From Bigelowiella natans CCMP2755 (lineage: Eukaryota > Protista > Cercozoa), in contig ADNK01001165.1 of the NCBI GenBank assembly GCA_000320545.1, positions 1 through 32,566 on the forward strand: a stretch of 32,566 nucleotides of DNA. The letters are read 5' to 3'. The notes under the pieces are model-generated. The model saw nothing but the letters and a program-made list of their open reading frames with translations. It was not told the origin of the DNA and made no database searches. This document shows positions 1 through 13,926 of the stretch, in pieces. A program made the position numbers and the translations under genes. How positions within the stretch are numbered: the first letter of the stretch is position 1; each line of letters begins with the position of its first letter.

Positions 1-24
1 GTTGGTTCTTATATTAAACAACAC

Positions 25-65
<41 letters not shown>

Positions 66-138
66 ACAAATGTGCACGAATTTACGGATGCCACAAATTA
101 TAAAATAGGCGGGGTGTTTCTATCACCACAACACCAAG

Positions 139-170
<32 letters not shown>

Positions 171-223
171 CGGAACAACTGCTCCTTCTCCTTTTCAACC
201 CCCCTCTCCCCCACCCACCACAC

Positions 224-869
224 CTTTCGAGTCATCTCCGGGAATTCGTCGGCCAGCCCTGCCTCAGCCATGGCTTGTATTGCGAAGGACGTATCCCAGC
301 ACTGAGATCCGTTGTACCTGTGATCATGATGATGATGATGAGGAGGGTGACGATGATGATGAGGATGATGGGGTCGGTCAGTGCTGTTAAATTAGGGATG
401 TGGTGCTCGTTGTTATCATGGTGCCAGTTGTTGTTATTGTTGTTGTGGTTTACCCCTGCATCTTCATTCCATCCTCAGCAATCCAGAGATAGTCAGGAAT
501 CTGGTGGAAGTAACAGTGTGGAGTGTTAGAGGAAGTGAGAAAGGGAAGAACAAGAAGAAGGAGGAGGAGGAGGAGGAGAAAGGGGGAGGAAGAGGAGAGG
601 GTAATGAATCTATTTGTATTTAACATTGCGTCGTATGTGTTCGCATTTGTGTCGTGGCACGTACACGCATGAGGTGCTTTTGGAAGACAACGCTGTTAGA
701 ATCCATCCCTGATCTTACCCACGCCGAGAGCATATTCAAGACCTGGGATATCACATCAGGGGGGGGTGAGGTGGTGGGGGGCAACGAAAGCAACAGAATC
801 AGCAATAGTAATACAAGCCTCACAGTCTCTGCCTCCGTTGTGTAATTTGGACGAGAGGAAGGGGGGGAA

Positions 870-900
<31 letters not shown>

Positions 901-1733
901 ACCCTTCGTACGGTATGAACATTATATTCAGCAGCATCATCTTGTGTGCTTTGCCGCTGCTGCGGCTACGACGAAGAAGCACAAACAAGCAATAATACTT
1001 TATTCACTGGGCCGATATCGATGAAGTTGGTTTGGAGGTCTTCTGCAGCCATATACCTATCATTAATGACAACAGAAAGACAGGCAAACAAACAACAAAC
1101 CGTAAGAAGATATTCATTATCATCATGATCATGCTTGTCACATTCATCAATGACGTCGAGTCGGTGCATATAGTACCCCGCTGTGTATTCGAGTCCCCAT
1201 CGCCGAGGAATATCTCTCAATATCCCTGTTGGAAAAAAAAAGGGGGGGGGGGAAGGGGGGGGGGGGGGCGAAAAAGACAAACAGTATAAAAAGCAGATCT
1301 TCCCTATCCATTCGCAGCGTCTATATTCATCTAAATCAACGGCGCTATCATCAAGTTGCAGCAGTACAGAAAGAGCAGCAGTAGCAGTAGCAGCAGCACC
1401 CCCATATCTCTCCCAGTATGAGAGGAGGTCTTGTGCGAGCACCATCGTGTATGGTTTCGGGCTATAGTTGTCCATAGGAGCAACCCAGTGCCTAAGTGGT
1501 GAGTGATGATGGCAATGATGATGATGATGGTAATGACAACTTAGATCACGAAGACGATGAAGAATTGCAGGATTCGTATCATAACCACTGACAGAGGTAC
1601 AACCGAGATGATAGCATGATAAGCATGATGAGAACGTGGCATTGTTACCGGGTGCTATCCCAGTTAATGGTCTCATAGTCCTCACAGTAAAGCTCCTTGC
1701 GGAGGGAGATTGTTACCTGGAGGAGGAAGAACC

Positions 1734-1766
<33 letters not shown>

Positions 1767-1780
1767 ATTCATGATGATAT

Positions 1781-1811
<31 letters not shown>

Positions 1812-1916
1812 CTTCCTACTGCTGCTGCTGATGATGATAACAAAAAGCACAAATTTCCACATCCTCCTCCTCCTCCTCATCATCATCATTATCATTTACT
1901 GCCATGCTATTTACTT

Positions 1917-1951
<35 letters not shown>

Positions 1952-2155
1952 ATTAATACCACTACTTTATTCTACTACCGGATCAGTGTCGGTGTGCGGA
2001 TAGACAAAGCGAAGTCCGTAGAGGTAGGACATCGGAAGATACACCTGATGCACCCACAACGAAGGAAGGAGCAAAACCAAAAGAAACGAAAACAGCAGGA
2101 GACTTTAAATGCTAGTTGTTAAGACGTCATTAATAACACCCTCGCCACTACGAGG

Positions 2156-2211
<56 letters not shown>

Positions 2212-2244
2212 TGTATTTGTGCTTTTAATGCGCGTACGTGGCTG

Positions 2245-2278
<34 letters not shown>

Positions 2279-2302
2279 TAAACCACAACAGCTCATCACG
2301 AA

Positions 2303-2335
<33 letters not shown>

Positions 2336-2460
2336 AGTAATGTGAATGCTAACCATGCGGCAGTGACACCATAGTCGGCCAGGATGAAAGGGGAACCTTT
2401 TATGTATTATTGCAATTTATTATATATAAATATGTATATACATATTGATATACTAATATG

Positions 2461-2499
<39 letters not shown>

Positions 2500-2750
2500 A
2501 TATATATTCATGCATACAGTATCACACCGTGGGAGTTTGTGAAATTGTGTGTTTTGATTATCTCAAGCAGCAGAATGATTGCGCTTATGCAGCACAGCAA
2601 CACAGCAGCACAGCAGCAGCAGTATTGCGGATAGAGGAGGAAAAAAGACGTCAAACCAATCAGGTAGCATCCAGAACTCAGCTGGGATTGAGTTGTGTCC
2701 TATTCGTATCGAAGAAGCCAACACAAGCAATACATACATATCAGTATAAC

Positions 2751-2789
<39 letters not shown>

Positions 2790-3193
2790 GACAGTCGCCG
2801 CCACAATGGCGCATCACAGCTTTCGTGCATGTATTTATTAAGCAGAAGTAATACTCCTTGCCGTTGCCTTTCTTCTCTCATACATATATGGTAGCGGTAG
2901 TAGTGGAGTGTGATTGATAATCTCTTGTGTTTCATATCATCATTTGACGGTGGTGGTGGTGGTGGTGGTGGGGGTGAGTAGTAGTTGCGAATGTACCATC
3001 CCAATGCATTACACCGAGTAAGCAGCTTTGTGTGGTGATGATGGATGGGCGGGTGGGAGACACATAACACAGCAAATGAAGAAGAGGAAGGGGGAGAGGA
3101 AAAGCATGGTCAGAACTAGTGCAAGTGGGTGCGTGTGCGTCATGTTTCTTCTTCATGTTTCTTCTTCATGTTTGTTTCAGGAGCTTGATTGAC

Positions 3194-3237
<44 letters not shown>

Positions 3238-3270
3238 TTTGCCTTTTTTCCACCATCCATAGCACACAAA

Positions 3271-3307
<37 letters not shown>

Positions 3308-3981
3308 ACGCACAATAAGTGCTCGCCCTTCTCCTCCTCCTTTCCATAATTGCGTGCTATTTGGCCCTTGCGATATTGCAATTATTGTTGTCGTTGTTGT
3401 TGCTAACACTATTCAGCTTACAGATAAAACTTGGCCCAGCTCGCAGTGTACAGCACCCCTCCCTCTTTCTTCAGGAATGCCCTAGCTTTGACTATTTGCG
3501 GGTCATCTTTCCCCTCCCCCAGTAAACGGAGAGCCACGTAGTTGAGAGTAGTACCGAACATCGTAGAGGGAGACTCGATATGCGTTCCCCACCCCCCGTC
3601 CTTCTGCTGATGCACGCGCAAATAGTGTACCATGGCAGCACGCTGTTGCGGGGACAGAAATTTGTCTGATTTCCCAGTTATGTACCTGATAGGAAGAGGC
3701 AGGGTGGGGTTGGAGGAACTCGTAACACCATCCGTAAATTTGAAGAAGAATTGAAGGGAATGGAGAAAGGGAAGGGAAGGGGGGGGGGGGGGGGGGGGTA
3801 GGAGTACGTAGCTAGCATGACGTATGTACTCACCAAACTGTGATAAGGCCTGGCATAAGAAACATGGGACCTCCATAATCCCCAGCAAAATGTCCGTCGT
3901 CACACTGCAGCATCTGGTAGAAAGCGATACCTACGCGAAGGAAGAATGAAGAATAAATAAAAAGGACGGCAATGACAACAA

Positions 3982-4015
<34 letters not shown>

Positions 4016-4742
4016 AGACACACAAACCCACACACGCCCCAAGAAATATCAAACATAGATTTCGACGAACCACCAGTCCAACCGTGCAATTCCCAACACA
4101 CTGCGAGTAGTCACAAATAACTACTTCAGCTCAACTATTGACAGGTAGTTAGTACCCTTGCGCGCGGCATCAAGAGCGTCTTTGGGAGCCCAAGAACCTT
4201 CAGGAACCTTGCCTCCTTTCGCCTATTAAGAAATACACGACGAGAGCAGGAGAGGGGGAGGTTTATTACATAGAAATTACGGACATAATTTGTGGCCTCG
4301 TTAAATCTAAGAGTCGGAGACAAAAGCGGCTTCAGATCGGTTTTATGATTGTACTTAATGGCCACGCCATACAGTGTGTTTTCTTTCTTCCGGCAATAAT
4401 ACTCGGCGAGTAAGTGCTAACCACAATCCTGCTATCAGATTTCAACAACCTTCCACGCATTGATCATCTGCGCCCTGAAGACAAGATCTGCGGAGTTAGG
4501 ATTTTCCGATGGATCAAAGCTGAAGCTGACGTTCTTTCCTTGTTTCTTCTCATCCTTGCTTGATGCCGTGTGGTGGTGCCAGATCTGCCTCCCGTCAGGC
4601 TCTCCTGTTAACTTCTGACCATTTTTCATTGACGCCTCAGTGACTTTGTGCGACGCATGTGAAACGTAGGCCTGCAAAATGCGGGTGTATTCGTAAGATG
4701 TGCGGGGATGAGGGGGGCGGGGATTGTTTACGCAGGAAGAGA

Positions 4743-4786
<44 letters not shown>

Positions 4787-5295
4787 CTAGATGCTAGTAT
4801 TAAAACCTTCCACTGTCCTGCCTGTTTGAAGGCGTGCGTTTTTTTACTCCACTCAGGCTGTCTGTCTATAGGATGGTTTCGCGGGCCCGATGGCATTGAA
4901 ACGGGTGTTCCGGAAACCACCCACACAGCAAACAGTAGCAACATCACAATGACTAATGCCTGGGCCGTTAAAGGAACGTATTGCAGAAGGCTCAGCAGCA
5001 GATAGCATGAGCTCAAAAGGAAACAGAGCGCTGCAAAGTGCGAGTATTCTCCACGAATATTATCGTATCCTATCTCCCGCGCTGGAAGCACTTCGCCTAG
5101 CCTGGAGGGTAAAGACATTGCTGGTTATGATTCCAGTGAGACTCTAATGAGTTGGGTTATCTGAATTCTTCCTCTTCCAATATTTTCTGACCTTCCTTTC
5201 GGTTTTCCGGAGAGAAATTGACCGAATACAACAACGCACAGGGCCACCATCCCGAATCCAGCCCCCGGCGACAGCGCTAAATACTCTATCATCAT
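224..5295 (-). CDS. CAS1: Oxidosqualene cyclase, cycloartenol synthase type (3'-partial; continues beyond position 1). Exons: 5295-5192 (probable; alternative ATG at 5118), 5101-4807, 4671-4450, 4222-4156, 3930-3834, 3685-3422, 3025-2997, 2699-2657, 2396-2354, 2044-1979, 1716-1649, 1491-1400, 1225-1177, 1056-999, 742-665, 500-454, 317-224
   Basis: GT-AG splicing keeps one frame. Conserved OSC motifs: [140 protein letters not shown] and GYNGSQ (Tyr; lanosterol synthases have GTNG) match cycloartenol synthases. The DCTAE motif lies outside the window. Confidence 0.95.
1735..1950. repeat. Compound trinucleotide microsatellite (ATG)n/(CTG)n/(CCT)n/(CAT)n/(ACT)n in a CAS1 intron; representative of dozens of intronic SSRs
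   Basis: Read directly; it generates the poly-M, poly-D and poly-I ORFs in the track. Confidence 0.95.
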
Positions 5296-6366
5296 CGCTG
5301 ATCTCGGGTTTCGACGGGGAGGATGGAGCTGAAGAATGGAAACCGCATGTAAAGAGGGCAAAAAATGTCAAATAATCATTGTCTCAGAATAAAATAAACG
5401 GCATCTTTGGATATTTTCTCGGCTTACCACGTCCGCCACGTCGACGTTCTGCGTTCCAGATTCTGCGACACATACAAATTCCTTGAACATAGTGATTTCC
5501 GCATCTACGACAAATGTTAAAATCTTGGCACAAACAAACGGCTTCCATTTAACGTAAATTCCACGATCTTTTCCGTGAGATATCTGTGTACTTTGGCTAT
5601 AGCCCTCTCAGAGTAGATTTCCATGAAATCATGGGAAATCACTGCGTTTTTTAGTAGAAAAGGACCAGAAAAGTCGTTCATTAGTATTCTTTAAATGGTC
5701 GGTGAGTTTAACTAATAATAACTTAGTAAAATTTTGAGACAACTCCCTTTATTGATTGTCGCTGGCACTAATAGCAGCCTAAATTCTCTTCATTTGACAT
5801 GTCTTCGCAACAGTTTGGAGATTTTTTGTTCCTGGCCACGTGCACACATCAGACATTCAAGTATTCAATTCACAACAGTCAGGATTCCTTTTTGCTCGAA
5901 ATTTACACTTATTACTTGTCGTATATTGGAATGATACATCATTTAGAAAAATATCAAGACAATCTGGTTCGTATAGGTTACTTAATTATGCCGAAAGCCA
6001 CCAGATCGAATAGCAGTTCATATCCAGCAAGTTAATCCATTTCCTATCAGAATACGGCGAATGAAATATGACGTACCATATATTTCCTATTACATTTTTC
6101 ATCAGAAATTATCCGACGTGGTGACGTGTGCGTCTGAACGTTGCCAGCTTCAACTATCCAGATTGAGTGATGGGATCCCGATTTTATAAATAATTACGAA
6201 GCTATGGTTTATTGTGAATTCTAGGTTCAGAATGGGAAAATATGACGTCGTTATAACCTGGATTTGTTCACTGATCTTCACTCTTATGTCTTAATCTCAA
6301 TACTGACTCTCGTATCTCACCCCACCACGTGCCCTATCCTTCAACACCCAACACACGAGTCAAAAA
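5296..6366. promoter_or_regulatory. Divergent (bidirectional) promoter region between CAS1 and UGDH, with clustered ACGT-core (G-box/CRE-like) elements
   Basis: Head-to-head gene starts. CCACGT at 5427 and 5436, CCACGTG at 5836 and 6325, TGACGT at 6069, 6122 and 6243. The 11-mer AAATATGACGT occurs twice (6064-6074, 6238-6248). Function is inferred. Confidence 0.55.
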
Positions 6367-9889
<3,523 letters not shown>

Positions 9890-10539
9890 TCGCTTGCCCA
9901 GCACTTATAAAAAAAACAACCAATTTAGATTTATAGGAGTTTTTAGAGCATCCAGCAGTTTCCGCAATACCATCTGTGAGGGTGTTTACGCGATTGCGGT
10001 TTCGAAAAATGCATGTGTTATTTCTCATCATTTTTGTTTCTCCTCTCCCTTATCACAGGGTGAATTGAGGCAATTCACATCAACATACATCGTCTGTTGT
10101 CCTCATCGGTCATCGTCTTCGCCTACTGCTGGGTGCTTCCTCAACCTAAACGTGCTGATTTCGGCATGGGGGGGGGCATGGGAAGGGTTTCGTGCAGCTT
10201 CTGATCGTTTGGGGAGGGGCCTATCCGCCGAAATCATGGTGAGGCTGTCTTTCATTCTTAAGTAGCTAAAAATTTTGGAGAGACCGAGAAGAGAGAAAAT
10301 AGTAGCAACTAGTTGTTTGATACGACGCAAAAGGTTCCAAGTAGAAGTATGCTGAAGTTAAATTTGCGTGTGGTTTCCTTTCAACTAGTACCGTAGCGTG
10401 CACAAATGTCCTGCATCATTCATTTATCTCGCCATCCTTCAACTGGATATTGCTCCAATACGTGTGAATGGGTGTGTGAGAGAAGTAGTTAATGAGTTGC
10501 GTCATGTCTGCATCTCTTGTTTTATTATTAGAATTGATG

Positions 10540-11590
10540 ATCACCATTTGTCATTGGAATTCATGCGTCTGCTGTGTGCGCATTGTCCATGCTTGTGTGC
10601 CATGTCGTGTGTGCGGCGGTGGAGGTAGTAGATGTGTTGGCATGCGACGCATGCGCTGGCACGTAGCAAACATATGCGATGTGATCCACGTGCGGCATTG
10701 TTTGAATCGTGTGCGCTACGCCGCCGCATGCAATGGCTAGAACCATCCAACACGAACAGTCATGTCTAGATGTTGGCCATGTCATTTCAAGACATTGCTT
10801 ATGTGTTAGATTTTTCATCAACAACAATGTGATCGACAGGCACACATGCACAACTCCGCCGTCGATCAAACCTGCAACGAATCGTGAGAACATGATCACT
10901 TGGAAGCTTTTGCGCAAGCTTGCACACGCGTCAAAGCACGCACGGCATCAAAATGTGGTAGAGAGAACAAACGCGCAGCCTGCATGCAACCTGAACACAG
11001 TAGCCGGTGTGAAATTTTCAACTTTGCGCGCTCGCTGAGGCTTTGAAAATGGACATTTGGCCCAACGGTTCGGACAATTTTCATGTTTTTGAGGTTTGGC
11101 CATCGGACAAGTTCTGATGACTTTTCCTTGACCAAGTTCAACTGCCTGCTGCTTCACAGCTCATCGCGAAGCGCTGCACTGTTCATGCACAACAACCCCG
11201 TCGTTGCCGGGTTTGACGGAGTTGAGTAGCGCATTCCGAAACGCGAAGCATGACACAACAGATCAAACTAGCAAATTGCAATGCTTTCTCATGCATGCAA
11301 CATGTGACAAAGGAAACAAATAGATGCAACACAAGCGCTGTGGCCGCTGCATTGCACAGCTACATCAGGATGACAATTGAAAAAATTCAAACATTTCATT
11401 GCATCCGTCTCATGTGTAGCGTATTCCATGTCTATTGTAACAATTTCACCAAATGACATGCACACGTACGATGTTGCACGTAACCTCATTGGAAAAAATG
11501 AACAATGTTGCACGTGGCCTCATCATTGGAAAAAATGAAACGTTTTGATCCTTCCAGTTGTTGACTGCAACAGTTGATGTGCGGCTTTTT
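10540..11590. other. TpA-depleted, CA/TG-rich intergenic tract A (possibly a degraded repeat or transposon)
   Basis: Hand count over 10561-11400: about 15 TpA in 840 nt, 13 of them in CTA/TAG context; CpG abundant. No transposase or TIR recognised. Confidence 0.8.
11471..11539. repeat. Imperfect direct repeat (~32 bp x2) at the right end of tract A
   Basis: ATGTTGCACGTAACCTCATTGGAAAAAATGAA (11471-11502) vs ATGTTGCACGTGGCCTCATCATTGGAAAAAATGAA (11505-11539). Confidence 0.85.
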
Positions 11591-11591
11591 T

Positions 11592-11851
11592 TAAACTCCC
11601 CCCTCCTCCCTCCGTATTATTTATTTGTTTTCGTGCATCTCCCATCCCTCTTGCGCTATCGAATAGGTTGTCAAGATCAACGACCATCAGAAACTTCGCT
11701 TCGCTCGCAAGATGATCAGGGTGACATTTGTCCTTGAACAGCATGAACATCGTCGTAGGTGTCGTCGTTGTCGTTATACCCATGTCACAAAACATAATTT
11801 TCAACGTTCCTTTTTCTCCTCTTCATCGCCCTTTTCCTCAGTCTCCTCACC
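11592..11851 (+). pseudogene. Duplicated UGDH fragment (3' part of intron 4, exon 5, 5' part of intron 5); near-identical copy of 8035-8300
   Basis: Aligns directly to 8035-8300 in the same orientation, with a handful of substitutions and one 6-bp indel (GTGACATTGACATTTG vs GTGACATTTG). The exon VVKINDHQKLRFARKMIR and both of its splice sites are intact. Confidence 0.95.
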
Positions 11852-12184
11852 TTAACATGTAACTGGTGCTCGTAGAACCTGAAACTGCTGCGAGCCACAG
11901 GGCGCGCGCTTCTATGCTGCCGAGGAGGATTCTCGATTCCCACCCACGTGCAGGTATAACTGCGTTTCGCCGGGATTTCGGAGAAAACTCGTAATTTTTC
12001 CGACTATCCTAGGGCGTTTTCTGCCGTCTTTCTGTTGTCGCAGGATAGAACCGCAAGGGAGAAAGCGGCACGTGCCCTGCCGTTTCGGTACCGTTACTTA
12101 ATAATATACACCTCTTTTCGTCTCTGATCCTAATAAGAAATGCTCACAAACCAAGTCCGCAAGCTGCGGGGATAGAGACTAGCG

Positions 12185-13882
12185 ATGATGCTCCTTGCTC
12201 TCCTATCACTACTTCTACAGTGTGACGCCGACCTCCGGCTTGGGTCTCAGCCCCGTCGGAAGTTCAACGTTAAGAACTATCGCGGCTCGATCCCGTTCGT
12301 CACCACCAAAGCGCTGTACATGGAGCCCCAGACCTTCGGCTACCAGGGACTCAACGCGCGAAATGGCCAGCGTCACAACAACTATGACAACTTCTTGCGC
12401 TCGAATATTGACAACGAGCAGGACCAGAGAAACTTTGTCAACAATGTGGGTAGAGATCACCTCCCCTTTCGCACGTCCGAGGGACAGGTGAAGACCACGT
12501 TTCAGGTGGGGCGCTGGGATAACACCCAGCCATTTCCGCGGGTGAATCTTACCATGGTTGTCAATGTTGGGGTTCGCCAGCTTGTCCCTCTACGTTGGAA
12601 TAACCCACACGCCTCTGAGCTCGAGGTCAACATCTGGCTGATGAATCACATGGTTGGTAGCAGCAAACATCACCCGCACCCGTACAAATCCAAACATCTA
12701 TTTAATTTCGTGATGAAACGACACGTGTACGTATGCCGAAACCTGTAGCTAGTACAAATTTGCAACAAGAACATAACAACTCTCGATACAGGTCGTGGTT
12801 CCTATTCGCCTGCCCACCTGCAGCGGCGAAGGCTACCAAGACAACATCGTCGAGTACACCGTACCCGAGGATTTCCTGGATCTTGGAGCAAAGATCCCTG
12901 GGTTTCGGGGGTGCTCGCAAGAAGGGGACTGTGTCTTGCAAGTTTATGCACACTCGGTTGAGAGTCGAACCTACGCCCTCGGCATTCCGATCATCATTCC
13001 CGGTCACAAGTCGCAGCTCACAACCACGGTTAAAAACAACCCTCCCCCCACTCCGCTCCTCCCACAACACATCTCTAACGCCTCTGGTAAATTGGCGACG
13101 TCCTGAAAATTCAGAGGCGTAGACAAATCACATCGAACAATAGAATCATGAGAATCCGAAGTTAGCAAGTGCCATACCGCTACAACCCCCTTATGATTTT
13201 CTTTATTTCGCCTCTTCCCTCCTTGACCGGCCATCCACGCACAGGTGGCGCAAATTGAACCAGCTCGGCAAGATCCTGGGTTTGACCTCAGCCGTCTTAG
13301 AGACGTGTGTCTATTCAACACTGCCCAATCTGCGAATATCCCTAACGCAATCCCGCGCAATGCAAGGCTCGTTAGCGACGTTTTCAATCACGCCTACCAG
13401 GTCATTGTCGATGTTGTCTATTCATGTCAAACAGTGGACGTGACACATGACCAGTGATCTCGCCCCCCTCCCCCTCCCTACCCTCTGCCCCAAGTGTCAA
13501 TTGTATGATTACGCTGTATTTTTTCAGGATTCCGACTTTTCGCCGTACCAGGGGCAACAGTTTGAATCAATCAGTAAGAACTTGCAGGTGATCAGATAGG
13601 ACTGGGGATCATTATCACCAGACGCAGTATACAACATCATCATCACCACCACCATCATATCCTCGCCATCATCACCTCCACCCACCTCCTCATTATCATT
13701 GTAGGCCTCGTGTTTGCTGAAGGGTGTCACCGGAAACCGTGGAGAACTTGGTAAGAAGGGAAAGTACTATAGCACTTTAAACATTTGTATGCTAAGAAAG
13801 GCCAGCCCTCTACATAGGCATACCCCCTATTTGCACTCTCCCCCATCCCATCTTTATCCCCATTCCCCCAATCCCATTGCTT

Positions 13883-13926
<44 letters not shown>

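Noticed and set aside
72-3525. Many 60-120 aa ORFs with poly-M/D/I/Q, CVCV, ERER or YIYI runs (also throughout the window)
   Set aside because: They are translations of intronic microsatellites or antisense frames of real exons.
10398-11513. Cys/His/Met-rich ORFs in tract A (also at 17576-18062 and 19870-20125) as metal-binding peptides
   Set aside because: This is the expected by-product of TpA loss, which removes TAA stops and enriches TGY/CAY/ATG codons. No domain or splice structure was found.
10540-11590. CpG methylation decay or fungal RIP as the cause of CA/TG richness
   Set aside because: CpG is plentiful and TpA is depleted, the opposite of both expectations.
10060-11600. A defined transposon (TIR, LTR or Helitron)
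   Set aside because: I could not identify terminal repeats, a target-site duplication, or transposase/RT motifs by eye. It is left as a possibility only.
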